Of a stretch of DNA of 64,000 nt, positions 50,129 through 59,025 are shown in pieces. The notes under the pieces were generated by a model, which ran no database searches, was not told the origin of the DNA, and was given only the letters and a program-made list of their open reading frames with translations. Made by a program: the position numbers and the translations under genes. Source of the DNA: a virus; IMG/VR virus record IMGVR_UViG_3300022747_000001, positions 1-64,000 of that record, one strand, 5' to 3'. Numbering within the stretch: position 1 is the first letter of the stretch; every line of letters begins with the position of its first letter.

Positions 50129-50460
50129 TGTTTTTTATGCACAGCCTTGATCTCGATGAATGCGCCGCCTACCTCAAGGTGGATCGCACAACGGTGCTGA
50201 AGCTGGCCATGCAAGGCGTTTTGCCTGGCGCCAAGATTGGCCGAGCCTGGGTCTTCCCTCAGAACGAGCTGGCCGAATTCCTCAGTAATGAGGTAAAGCG
50301 GCAGCAGGCGGAGCGCCGTAACACCCAGCTGACCACCGACCAGCTCGAGGCGCATGTGGCCAAGTCCCGCAGTGCGCCCGACCCCCTGACCAAGCGCCGT
50401 CGCGGTCAGCGCCTGCCCTCATTCCTTCAGACGCTACCAGAGCCGCTGGGCGAGGTTTGA
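50128..50460 (+). CDS. xis: excisionase-type HTH protein (HTH_17/MerR-like), 110 aa
   Basis: LDLDECAAYLKVDRTTVLKLAMQGVLPGAKIGRAWVF is the typical Xis/AlpA-like HTH. The start may instead be the Met at 50137. Confidence 0.6.
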   Translation: MFFMHSLDLDECAAYLKVDRTTVLKLAMQGVLPGAKIGRAWVFPQNELAEFLSNEVKRQQAERRNTQLTTDQLEAHVAKSRSAPDPLTKRRRGQRLPSFLQTLPEPLGEV

Positions 50461-51579
50461 CGCACGCAGGTTGGCGTAGCGCTTGAGCATCTCCAGGCGC
50501 TTGTGCCCCGTGATCTTTGCGATCTCCACATCGGACAGATTGGTGCGCTCAAACAGACGCGAGGTGGCTTCGTGACGCAGGTCATGAAAGGTGAAGTCGG
50601 CACAGCCTGCTGCGGCAAACACCCGACCGAACTGTGCCGACAGGTTGCGCGTGACGACCTTGCGCTGCAACGCCTCCTCTTTGGGGGTGGCGGCCAGGCC
50701 CGTGTACCACGGAAAGATCGGCTGCGTGGCGCTTAGATTCTGAGTCAGCGCCTCGAACAGCTTGATGGCCACACTGGACAGCGGCACCTGACGCTTGTCG
50801 CCGTTCTTGGTCTTGTCCAGAAATACCGTGCGCCGCTCCAGATCCACTTGCCCTCGGGTCAGCGTGTAGATTTCAGCCATGCGCATGGCTGTTTCCAGTG
50901 CGACCTCGAACAAGGCTTGCAGGTGCGTCTTGTGTTCGAGCTTGAGCGCACGCTCCCTGCCCTGCGGTTTGGCGCCTTGCAGGATGTGACGAATCGCCGC
51001 CTCCTCGCCGTCTTCGATCCTGCGGTCGCGCTCGGTGTCTTGCGGCACCTGAACGTCCAGTGCCACCAGCTTTTGCCGATCCGTCTCGTTATAGGTGCCG
51101 TAGCCTTTTGGCAACAGGCGCAGTGGGTTGCGAATCAGGGTGGACTTGCCGGTGCGCATCAACCAGTCCAGGCAGCGGGCCAGGGCGCCGACGTGTTTTC
51201 GGATGGTTGATGGCGCCAGGTGGTGCGTGTGCTTCATCGAGCCGACCCAGCGTTCGACCCAGTTGTAGTCCACGTCCTTGAGTTGGGTGGCGCCGATGCG
51301 CACGTAGCTGACCATCAAATTGGAATGGTCGCCGCCCTTCACGTTGACCGCGATCAGGTAGCCTTTGATGGCTTGCGCGATCGTGGTGATCCGCTCCTCG
51401 GTGGTTTCAACTTCTTCAGGGATGATGCCGGCGCGAAGCTGCTTGCGGGCCTTTTGCTCCCACTCGTGCGCTTCATCGTAGGTGGGGAAATTTCGGGTGA
51501 TCGTGCCGCTGGCGCGGTACTTCAGCAGCATCTTGTGCTTGGCGCGACCTTCCCAGTATTTACCTTTGGGAACTGGCAT
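50434..51579 (-). CDS. int: tyrosine integrase, 381 aa
   Basis: C-terminal catalytic region FTFHDLRHEATSRL...GHKRLEMLKRYANL (R, HxxR, Y). Confidence 0.9.
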   Translation of the reverse strand: MPVPKGKYWEGRAKHKMLLKYRASGTITRNFPTYDEAHEWEQKARKQLRAGIIPEEVETTEERITTIAQAIKGYLIAVNVKGGDHSNLMVSYVRIGATQLKDVDYNWVERWVGSMKHTHHLAPSTIRKHVGALARCLDWLMRTGKSTLIRNPLRLLPKGYGTYNETDRQKLVALDVQVPQDTERDRRIEDGEEAAIRHILQGAKPQGRERALKLEHKTHLQALFEVALETAMRMAEIYTLTRGQVDLERRTVFLDKTKNGDKRQVPLSSVAIKLFEALTQNLSATQPIFPWYTGLAATPKEEALQRKVVTRNLSAQFGRVFAAAGCADFTFHDLRHEATSRLFERTNLSDVEIAKITGHKRLEMLKRYANLRASNLAQRLW

Positions 51580-51798
51580 AGACGGACTTTGGTGATAAAC
51601 ACCGGATAGTATCAGCTATCCGAAGCACCGATTTGCACAGACTTTAGGCAATTTCAGCCGACTCTGTTTTTGCTAAGTCGTTGATTTTATTGAAACAGGG
51701 TGGTCGAATGGTAGGGTTGTGGGACTTTTGCAAAGCGTTGCAGTCTGATATAAATCAAGACCTTACGCCTGGTGCTATCTGTCTGCTATCCGTACCCC
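51580..51798. promoter_or_regulatory. int upstream region / candidate attP arm
   Basis: Inverted repeat CGGATAG-N6-CTATCCG (51603-51622). Direct GCTATC repeats (51774-51779, 51785-51790) abut the tRNA-Cys 3' end. Confidence 0.4.
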
Positions 51799-51872
51799 TG
51801 GAGGCGCGGGGCGGAGTCGAACCGCCCTGCAAGGATTTGCAATCCTCTGCCTAACCGATCGGCCACCGCGCC
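51799..51872 (-). tRNA. tRNA-Cys (GCA), CCA encoded
   Basis: Acceptor GGCGCGG/CCGCGCC. Anticodon loop TTGCAAA. Discriminator U73, as expected for Cys. T-loop TTCGACT. Confidence 0.85.
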
Positions 51873-51888
51873 AGGGCCGGCGAGTATA

Positions 51889-52518
51889 TCAGGCCGGTGA
51901 CAGCGCTTCGACCGCCTGGCGACCGATTGTTTCCAGGACTTCCTCGATGTTGCGCTCATCGAACGTGTGCAGCCACAGGTCGCACGCGGTTCCCATGTCC
52001 TCACCCCACCAGCACTCGTCCTTGAGCATCACACCCAGGCGCTTGGCGTAGATGTCACCAACCTTGTCGAGACTGTCTTGGAGGTGGGCGAGCTTGAGAT
52101 CGCCGATCATGCGCTGAATGAAGCGCTTGGCGATCACGTCGCCTGGATTGTCGATGAACACCGAGAACAGGCGCCAGTCGTGGTTCTGACAGTACGCCTT
52201 GACCTGCTTCCAGCCTTCGGGTTCAACAATCACAACGATCGGCTTGCCCTTTGCGGCAACACGCATGATTTCGTAGGCGCTCACCCCGTAGTAGTTGCCA
52301 TTGAAGTCGACCGTCTCCACGAAGTACCCCGTCGCCTCGAGCCGCTTGAACTCGCTCTTGCTGATGAAGTGGTAGGACTGGCCATCCACCTCGCCAGCGC
52401 GGGGTGGACGTGTGGTGGTGGAGATCACCGCTTCGAAGCCAGCCTCCTTGAGTTTTGCTTCGAGCGTGGATTTGCCGGCGCAGGAAGGGCCGGTCAAGCT
52501 GACAATGAAGGGGTTCAT
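51889..52518 (-). CDS. guanylate kinase-like (d)NMP kinase, 209 aa
   Basis: P-loop GPSCAGKST, then TTTRPPRAGEVDGQSYHFISKSEF as in Gmk. Confidence 0.8.
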   Translation of the reverse strand: MNPFIVSLTGPSCAGKSTLEAKLKEAGFEAVISTTTRPPRAGEVDGQSYHFISKSEFKRLEATGYFVETVDFNGNYYGVSAYEIMRVAAKGKPIVVIVEPEGWKQVKAYCQNHDWRLFSVFIDNPGDVIAKRFIQRMIGDLKLAHLQDSLDKVGDIYAKRLGVMLKDECWWGEDMGTACDLWLHTFDERNIEEVLETIGRQAVEALSPA

Positions 52519-52976
52519 GGGTTCTCCTTATTGGGTTTTACATATCGGTGCGCCGAGGTATTGATGCGAACGGCGTCATCCGGCAGGTGGACGATGCTGG
52601 TTTGGGAGCCGAGGTAGGTTGAGAGCACCCAGCCCTCTTCTTGCGCGAAGAGATCGTCGGGGTCTTGCTCCATCAGGTAGGCGAGCTTTTGCCGGTCAAA
52701 AGAGGACACGCCATACTTTTTGAGGTAGTCGGCGGTCAGCACGTAAGTAAGCGACTTGCTTTCCTTGACGAGTCCCACCGTGTCCAGGCGATTCACTTTC
52801 ATGCTGCACTCGACCTCGGACAGCCCCGTCAGCGCTAACGCAAACGTGGCCAGCGGAACATCAAGCTCCAAGAACTGAGTTCGGCTGCCGCCATCTCGCA
52901 CCACCATCCTGATAAATGGCTCGTCAGAGAGGCTGCTGCTGCTTGGCCGGCTGATGGTCAAGTTAGCTTTGAGCAT
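52515..52976 (-). CDS. hypothetical protein, 153 aa
   Basis: Trimmed to MLKANLT. Confidence 0.5.
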   Translation of the reverse strand: MLKANLTISRPSSSSLSDEPFIRMVVRDGGSRTQFLELDVPLATFALALTGLSEVECSMKVNRLDTVGLVKESKSLTYVLTADYLKKYGVSSFDRQKLAYLMEQDPDDLFAQEEGWVLSTYLGSQTSIVHLPDDAVRINTSAHRYVKPNKENP

Positions 52977-53157
52977 CGGGGGCCTCTTTCGGTTTGAGCT
53001 TTTGCGTGACCACTTCGAGGACGGCCACCATGTCAAAGATCGGCACCTCCTCGTTGTGACGGTTCATCACGCGCACGATGCCGCCCAACCCAGAGGGCTG
53101 GACGGTGTGCGTCCAGGGGAACGTCCCCTGGATAGCCTTGAATTGTGCGTCTGTCAT
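52963..53157 (-). CDS. hypothetical protein, 64 aa
   Basis: Trimmed to MTDAQFK. The start lies inside an operator copy. No SD sequence. Confidence 0.35.
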   Translation of the reverse strand: MTDAQFKAIQGTFPWTHTVQPSGLGGIVRVMNRHNEEVPIFDMVAVLEVVTQKLKPKEAPDAQS

Positions 53158-53167
53158 TCGTGACTTA
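53154..53167 (-). promoter_or_regulatory. operator-like motif copy
   Basis: Plus tcattcgtgactta. Its TAA is the stop of the ligase gene. Confidence 0.5.
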
Positions 53168-54583
53168 CCGTTTGTCGTCGCGGAAACGCTTGAAGCGCGG
53201 GTGGCGCAGCGAACCGTCAGGGGTGATCTCGTGGAACTCGACCTCGATGATGCGTCCAATCAGTGCTTCGCGGTCTTCCCAGAAGCTCTGACGTTGGCTG
53301 TCGCTCAGACCACTTCCCACGTTCACACGTACCGCAGCCGGATGGTCGTGGTTCGCACCGTGCGCACCGTTCTCGTGGCACTTTTTGTCGAAGGCAACGA
53401 TGATCGCGCCGAGCATGCCCTCATACTTGCCAGTGCCCTCTTCGTAGCCGACGATCGGCACATCGGTCGATTCTTCAGCCTTGATCTTCATCCAGGCATG
53501 GTTGCGACGACGATGGTAGAACGCCTTCGGCTCCTTGATGATGAGTCCCTCCAAGCCACGCGCACGCACGCTTTCGTACAGCGCATGAATCTCAGCCTCG
53601 CTGGACACGAGATAGCGCGGCAAAAGCTGCACGGGGCCTTCAGCCTTGTGCCCCACCATGTCTTCGAGTTGCTGGCGGCGCTCGGTGTAGTTCTTGCTGC
53701 TTGGCACCTTGTCGTCTTCTTTGAAGAGCGACTGAGGCAGCATGTCAAACACATTGAAGATGGCATCGGTTGCCTGAGCATCCTTCTTGCGCACTTCCGA
53801 GACGGTTTTATTGAACGATCCTGAGACGATCTCGCCATCGAGCACGACTTCCCCAACCTCGTCGGCACCGTGCTTGTCGTAGAGTTCATCCATCACGCCC
53901 GTATCGGTCGCCTCGCCGTCCGGCAAGCCCAGACTGTCGTACTCGTCATGCGCCTTTTCACGCAGTGCGTCACGATAGTTGCTCACCGTATCCAGAATTG
54001 GCTGCTTCAGGTGGTCGAATGTCAGAAACTCTTTGCCCGAACGGGAGAAGAACCCAACCTTCCAGTTGAACAGATCAACGAACGCCAGCACGCGCACGCC
54101 GTCCAGCTTTGGTTCAGCCACTTGCGGCCAAGACTTGACGCGAGCTGGCTCAAACTTGTGCGCCAGCATGCAGTCGAACGTGGGGATGCTGCGGGGAATG
54201 GCTTTATTGACCGTGGACTCGGAGAAGCCGGCACGCAGGTCTTTGGAGATGATGCGCCAGAACAGTTCGCTGGAACTTTCAGTCAGGCGACCCAACTCTT
54301 CCGAGACAGCGGTCTTGGCGGCATTGCCACTCAGTGCGCGAGTGCGCAACTGGTCAAGCACGTTCCAAGTGGAGTCGTCAAAGGCGACCTTCTCGGAAGG
54401 CACCATGCCTGGCTGCTCGGGGCGTTTGGCCAGGCCGTAGGTCTTGAAGGGGTTCAGAGCCGCCTCGAGCACCTTGCAAAAGTCCGCGTCATGTCCGTTG
54501 GTACGGATGAGCGCTTCTTTTTCCGTCTTGCTCGAGGTCGCCGCGATCTCCTCAATCAGATTGAAGATGTGATCCGAGATCAT
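53165..54583 (-). CDS. ATP-dependent DNA ligase, 472 aa
   Basis: Motif I AEPKLDGVR. Further nucleotidyltransferase motifs (VLDGEIV, EGLIIK, WMKIK). Confidence 0.9.
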   Translation of the reverse strand: MISDHIFNLIEEIAATSSKTEKEALIRTNGHDADFCKVLEAALNPFKTYGLAKRPEQPGMVPSEKVAFDDSTWNVLDQLRTRALSGNAAKTAVSEELGRLTESSSELFWRIISKDLRAGFSESTVNKAIPRSIPTFDCMLAHKFEPARVKSWPQVAEPKLDGVRVLAFVDLFNWKVGFFSRSGKEFLTFDHLKQPILDTVSNYRDALREKAHDEYDSLGLPDGEATDTGVMDELYDKHGADEVGEVVLDGEIVSGSFNKTVSEVRKKDAQATDAIFNVFDMLPQSLFKEDDKVPSSKNYTERRQQLEDMVGHKAEGPVQLLPRYLVSSEAEIHALYESVRARGLEGLIIKEPKAFYHRRRNHAWMKIKAEESTDVPIVGYEEGTGKYEGMLGAIIVAFDKKCHENGAHGANHDHPAAVRVNVGSGLSDSQRQSFWEDREALIGRIIEVEFHEITPDGSLRHPRFKRFRDDKR

Positions 54584-54933
54584 TGTGCGGTGATGCCGTT
54601 GCTGGCAAACTTCTCAGGGTTCATCCAGTCGGGCTGGTCGGCCTTTTCCGCATCGTTTTTGGCTTTTTCGGCGGCGATCTCAGAGTAGATTTTGGCCATG
54701 TAATTGCGCATGGTCACGAAACCCTCTTCGAGTTGCTTTTGCGCCTCCTCATGTGAGACGCCACCGTATACCGCTGCTGCGGCCATTGTGCCTGTCAGAG
54801 CTACCATCAGGGTCGTTGTCGTGACTTCGACGGGAATGCCTTGCTGACCCAAAGCGTGAACAGTCTTCTGAACTTGACCCATCGCGTCGTTCATTTGGTA
54901 TTGTTGCAGGCGTTCTGCTTGCTGCTGATCCAT
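54580..54933 (-). CDS. hypothetical protein, 117 aa
   Basis: ORF track. Confidence 0.5.
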   Translation of the reverse strand: MDQQQAERLQQYQMNDAMGQVQKTVHALGQQGIPVEVTTTTLMVALTGTMAAAAVYGGVSHEEAQKQLEEGFVTMRNYMAKIYSEIAAEKAKNDAEKADQPDWMNPEKFASNGITAQ

Positions 54934-54955
54934 GTGGTTCTCCTAGAGTTGATGA

Positions 54956-55282
54956 TTAGTTGACTGCGGCGCCGGCAGCAGCTTCTTCAGCGGCAATGTC
55001 GGCAGACAAGTGATCGAAGACGTGATTGGCGTACTCTTCGAGCATCTGCACACCTTCCACGCACTGCCCGATGACCGAACCGCGTTCGAGTTTCATGGCT
55101 GCCGCAACGGTTGCCATGAAGTTCACATACGCGGTGGCCACGCCTGTTGCGATGGCGGGTGGTGCGATGCCAGCCACATTCAACGCGACAATCGTGTCGA
55201 TGAAGGCGGTGGACGCTTTACGGATGTGCTCCATTTCAGCTTCGTTGGGGGTGCGTTTCTCGGCGGTGGGTTGAGTGGTCAT
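54956..55282 (-). CDS. hypothetical protein, 108 aa
   Basis: ORF track. Confidence 0.5.
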   Translation of the reverse strand: MTTQPTAEKRTPNEAEMEHIRKASTAFIDTIVALNVAGIAPPAIATGVATAYVNFMATVAAAMKLERGSVIGQCVEGVQMLEEYANHVFDHLSADIAAEEAAAGAAVN

Positions 55283-55284
55283 GT

Positions 55285-55875
55285 TTAGGTTCCTGAAGGT
55301 TTGCCCATCTGCATACGCACCATATCGACGAGCGACGGTGCCTTTGCAACCGAAGGCGATGGGACAACAACCTTCGGTTCTTCTTTTGGTTCATCGGCTG
55401 GCAATGCAGTGATGGCGGCATTGATCGCAGCGGCGTAGCCGTCGATCTCTGGAGTCGGCATCGTCGTCAGATGATCTGCAACCTTTTTCGCCGCTGACAC
55501 TTTGACGGGCGCCGTCTTGGATGCTTCAGCCTTCGTTGGTCGAAAGCTCGGCGTCGTTTCGGCGAAGTGCCGATCCATCTCCTCACGCAGCAGTGCGCGG
55601 TCAATGAAATACAAGGCGGTGCCGGCTGCACGCTCTTCGGCCCGCATCTTCAGCGCGACACATTCTTTGTTGCGAATGGCTTTGCCGCACTCGACGTAGC
55701 TGGTCAGATCGCCATCGCGCTCAAAGGCAGCGATCTTGTTCAGACACACGCAGTAGCCAGGGTTGAACCCCACAGTGCGGCAGGCGAAGTTGTAGGTGTT
55801 GATGCCACCCATTGACTGTTCGGGTGGATATGCGGGTTGTCGGGCTTTGACCGCTTGAAAGATTGCGTCGTTCAT
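55285..55875 (-). CDS. hypothetical protein, 196 aa, Cys-rich N-half
   Basis: ORF track. RBS TAAGGAG. Confidence 0.55.
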   Translation of the reverse strand: MNDAIFQAVKARQPAYPPEQSMGGINTYNFACRTVGFNPGYCVCLNKIAAFERDGDLTSYVECGKAIRNKECVALKMRAEERAAGTALYFIDRALLREEMDRHFAETTPSFRPTKAEASKTAPVKVSAAKKVADHLTTMPTPEIDGYAAAINAAITALPADEPKEEPKVVVPSPSVAKAPSLVDMVRMQMGKPSGT

Positions 55876-55895
55876 AGTTGCTCCTTAGTGATATG

Positions 55896-55937
55896 TCACT
55901 GATGACTGCATTATACCGTGCAGCTATTGGGTTTCAA
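55896..55937 (-). promoter_or_regulatory. sigma70-type promoter with operator at +1
   Basis: -35 TTGAAA (plus 55932-55937), 16-nt spacer, -10 TATAAT (55910-55915), then GCAGTCATCAGTGA (55896-55909). Confidence 0.6.
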
Positions 55938-55968
55938 GTGAGAAACTGCGATGTCCTGCACACTGCCC

Positions 55969-56439
55969 TCACCACGTTCCCCAGCTCTCGCCGCGATCGG
56001 GTTCTGGCCCTGGTTCCTCGCTAACGATCTCGTTGAGTTCATCCACTACGAGCATGTCAGCCTCCATGCCGCGAATCTTGTCCACGTCCAACATGGCAGT
56101 CAGTTCGCTCAAGAACGGCGTGCTGCGGTAATGCGATTGAATGGCGCCGATCAGTTCCACCTCGGTGAAGCTGCGTGCGCGGGCGTGAAGGCCGATTGTT
56201 GAGGGCGTTCGCTGATAGCCGCGCCCCATCTTGGATTTGATGAGCTTTTCGGCGGCTGCGTTGCACGCACGCAGCGAACTATGGCTTTCGCACATCGTCT
56301 CGCCCAGCGTGCCGATCTTGCCCCAGCGCTTAACCAGTACGAAGCGCTTGTCATCGGGGTTCCAGAACTCGATGACCTCGTAGAATTTGGTGCCGCCGTC
56401 GTGTTCAAAATATCTCGGCTCAGTTGTAATTTTCTTCAT
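55969..56439 (-). CDS. WGR-domain protein, 156 aa
   Basis: GGTKFYEVIEFWNPDDKRFVLVKRWGKIGTLGE is the WGR signature. Confidence 0.7.
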   Translation of the reverse strand: MKKITTEPRYFEHDGGTKFYEVIEFWNPDDKRFVLVKRWGKIGTLGETMCESHSSLRACNAAAEKLIKSKMGRGYQRTPSTIGLHARARSFTEVELIGAIQSHYRSTPFLSELTAMLDVDKIRGMEADMLVVDELNEIVSEEPGPEPDRGESWGTW

Positions 56440-56471
56440 TCGTTCTCCTGCGACATAGTGTCGATACGCAA

Positions 56472-56500
56472 ATTGTAGAAAGCGATTCGCGGGTTCTCAA
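56472..56500 (-). promoter_or_regulatory. sigma70-type promoter
   Basis: -35 TTGAGA (plus 56495-56500), 17-nt spacer, -10 TACAAT (56472-56477). A CGACA-N3-TGTCG dyad lies downstream. Confidence 0.6.
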
Positions 56501-56513
56501 CCGTGGCTGTGAA

Positions 56514-57611
56514 TTAGCCCATGCACTTGAGTTTGATCCTGGCGGCCGATGAAGGTGTCAGTGCTTCGGCTTTGTAAAAGCACTCACGCACCACGCTGGC
56601 CGGCACCTCGTTGGGGTCTTTGTCTTTGGGCAAGAACGCAATCCGAGCCATCAGACCAATCTTGCGCACCTCCAGCGCTGCCATCACTGCATCGCGGGTG
56701 GCGCGTTTTTCACCGTCCCACATGAATGTGACGATCTTCAGACCCTGAGCCTTCAGACGCATCAGCATGCCCAGCTGACTGGTGTCCCCACCCACCGACA
56801 GATGCTTGCCAAAGGAGCCAACCGGCACGACTTCACGCAGGTTGGGGTCAGCATCCAGTGCCAGTTTGATGGCGATCACGTCAAAGGCGCCCTCACCCAT
56901 CACGATGTGCTCCGCTCCCCGTGCGTTGTGCCCGTTGTAGAGGTACGTACCAGTGGAGGCAAAGCCAGGCGGGAACAGGTACTTCTTGTCAGCCGTACCC
57001 GTGGTGTCGCGCCCCTGAAAACTGACCAGTTTGCCTTCCAGATCAAAGATCGGAATCAGCACGCGATGAGCGTAATCCTGAGCACGGCGCTGCCCTTCAG
57101 GGTCGGTGAACCAGAACTTGCCCTTTTGCGAGAAGCGCAGGTGAAAGTAATCGGCGACATCCGCTGTGATGCCGCGCTTTTCCAGATACTTCAGGTTGCG
57201 GCCGTTGTGAGGCAGTGCGATGGACTCGGGCAGCTTCAGCTCTTCTGACATGGCCACCGGAGCGGACTTGCGCACGACCGGCTTCCAGCCCTGCTCTTCG
57301 GCGACATGCTTGACGTGTTCCACGACTTCGCGTGTTGTGGCCGAACCCAAGTGTGACTTGATGAACTTCCACTTGTTGAACTTCGTCTCGCAGTCACCGG
57401 AAAAGCAGTTACCCAGCCCCGATTCGGCGTTCAGGTACACCTTCCAGTTCGAGCCGCCACAGCAAGGGCATTCCTTGACGTTCAGCTGCACGCCACGCGA
57501 GCCTCGCGTGACTTTGTAGTCGATGCCCTCGCGATCGAGCCATGCTTCCATGTCGATCGTCTCCAGGGCCTCTTGCAGCTCCTCGTTGCCCGTGCCGCCG
57601 AACTTACTCAT
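56514..57611 (-). CDS. DNA primase (Zn-ribbon + TOPRIM), 365 aa
   Basis: CPCCGGSNWKVYLNAESGLGNCFSGDC. TOPRIM motifs MGEGAFDVIA and WDGEK. Confidence 0.85.
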   Translation of the reverse strand: MSKFGGTGNEELQEALETIDMEAWLDREGIDYKVTRGSRGVQLNVKECPCCGGSNWKVYLNAESGLGNCFSGDCETKFNKWKFIKSHLGSATTREVVEHVKHVAEEQGWKPVVRKSAPVAMSEELKLPESIALPHNGRNLKYLEKRGITADVADYFHLRFSQKGKFWFTDPEGQRRAQDYAHRVLIPIFDLEGKLVSFQGRDTTGTADKKYLFPPGFASTGTYLYNGHNARGAEHIVMGEGAFDVIAIKLALDADPNLREVVPVGSFGKHLSVGGDTSQLGMLMRLKAQGLKIVTFMWDGEKRATRDAVMAALEVRKIGLMARIAFLPKDKDPNEVPASVVRECFYKAEALTPSSAARIKLKCMG

Positions 57612-59023
57612 TCGCGGCGCAGGATGGACTCGATGAACTTCATCTTGGCAATGTCTTGCTTGATAAAGAGCGTAAAGCCGGACTCCTGGTTCCGTGATGC
57701 GGCAAAGTACAGTCGTGCTTCGCCTTTGGCGCGTTCTTCGTCCGTGATGTTGATTGAGATCATCAAGTCCACGGTTCGCACCTTGTTGAAGTCTTCGGCA
57801 ACGTGTTCGGCTTTGGCCACCGTTGCTTTGAAGCCCTCGCGGTTGGTCTGCGTGGCAGTGAGCATCGCAACGTCCATTTGCTGCGCGATCGCCCGAAGGT
57901 CCACGTACACGCTCTTGGAGTTTTCGATCACATCGTTGTAGCGAAAGTTCGGCGCCATGATGTCGGCGTAGTCAACCACCACGAGGTCATAGCGAATGCC
58001 TTTGGCAGCGTGACGATCCAGCAAGGCTCGCAGCATGTTCGGGGTGAACGTGCCCGATGGGTATTCGAAGATGTCCAGACGGCCGGTGTGCCCCTCGAGC
58101 GCGGCGACCTTTGCCTCGACATCCTTGATGTGCTTGCCCAGCTCCTTAATCATCGTGTCGCTCACCGATGCGTCCAGACGTTCAGCGACGATGCTGGCGG
58201 CCACTTCGAGCGTGATATAGGCGACGTTGAATTTCTTGAGCGATGCGGCCTTTGCAAAGCCGATCAGCGCGGTGGTCTTACCTGCTTTGGCACCACCCAT
58301 GATCGTGGCCAGCTCTTTGCGACCCCAGCCACGGTGATACAGAATCTCATCCAGCTTCAGGTGTCCGGTGGTGATGCCGCGCGGCGGCTTGGTGCCGGCC
58401 GCATCGTCCAGACGCTGCGCAGTACGCAAGCTGATGTTGGAGTAGTAGTCGTAGGCGCCACCATCTTCGTTGATGCCGATCTCGATGGCCTCTTTGATGT
58501 TGCGCTCGATCTTTTCGAACTCACCCTTTCCGATCAGATCGACCGAGCGCAGAATGGCTGCGGTGGTCGCCTGGTGGCGGGCGAATTTGACGATCTGCTC
58601 TTCCAGATACTCGCGACCGGAGAAGTCTTTGGTCGCGTAGACCGCGTTGAAGAACTCCTTGACGGTCGGCAGGATGTCCGGCTTGATGATCTTGGCAGCG
58701 TAGTCGTCCTTGATGCGTTGCGCCATCAAGGGGCGATCCGGCAACGCCTTGTAGTTGTCGAGAAACTTCTTGGCGATATTGACGAGCACCGCCTCACCAG
58801 CGTTCTCGAAATACTCAGGGCGCAGCAGGTGGCCCACACGGTTCATGAACTCCAGATCGCGAACAGCGAACGTGGCTACCCGTGTCTGAAAGTCGGCGTC
58901 GAAGTCAAACTTCTCCACGCTCTCATCGAGAACGGTCGGCTCTGATGCCGTACCACCCTCGAAGGAAGCGCCGACCATAGCGGCGATGGAACCCTCCACC
59001 GCACTGGTTGCGGTTTCGGTCAT
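57608..59023 (-). CDS. dnaB: DnaB-like replicative helicase, 471 aa
   Basis: Walker A GGAKAGKTT. Walker B LVVVDYADIM. ATGA overlap with the primase gene. Confidence 0.9.
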   Translation of the reverse strand: MTETATSAVEGSIAAMVGASFEGGTASEPTVLDESVEKFDFDADFQTRVATFAVRDLEFMNRVGHLLRPEYFENAGEAVLVNIAKKFLDNYKALPDRPLMAQRIKDDYAAKIIKPDILPTVKEFFNAVYATKDFSGREYLEEQIVKFARHQATTAAILRSVDLIGKGEFEKIERNIKEAIEIGINEDGGAYDYYSNISLRTAQRLDDAAGTKPPRGITTGHLKLDEILYHRGWGRKELATIMGGAKAGKTTALIGFAKAASLKKFNVAYITLEVAASIVAERLDASVSDTMIKELGKHIKDVEAKVAALEGHTGRLDIFEYPSGTFTPNMLRALLDRHAAKGIRYDLVVVDYADIMAPNFRYNDVIENSKSVYVDLRAIAQQMDVAMLTATQTNREGFKATVAKAEHVAEDFNKVRTVDLMISINITDEERAKGEARLYFAASRNQESGFTLFIKQDIAKMKFIESILRRE

Positions 59024-59025
59024 AG

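Noticed and set aside
51799-51872. tRNA-Cys as the prophage-host chromosome boundary.
   Set aside because: Genes of clear phage type continue immediately beyond it (dNMP kinase, ligase, primase, helicase, lysis cassette). They share the same strand, packing and operator motif.
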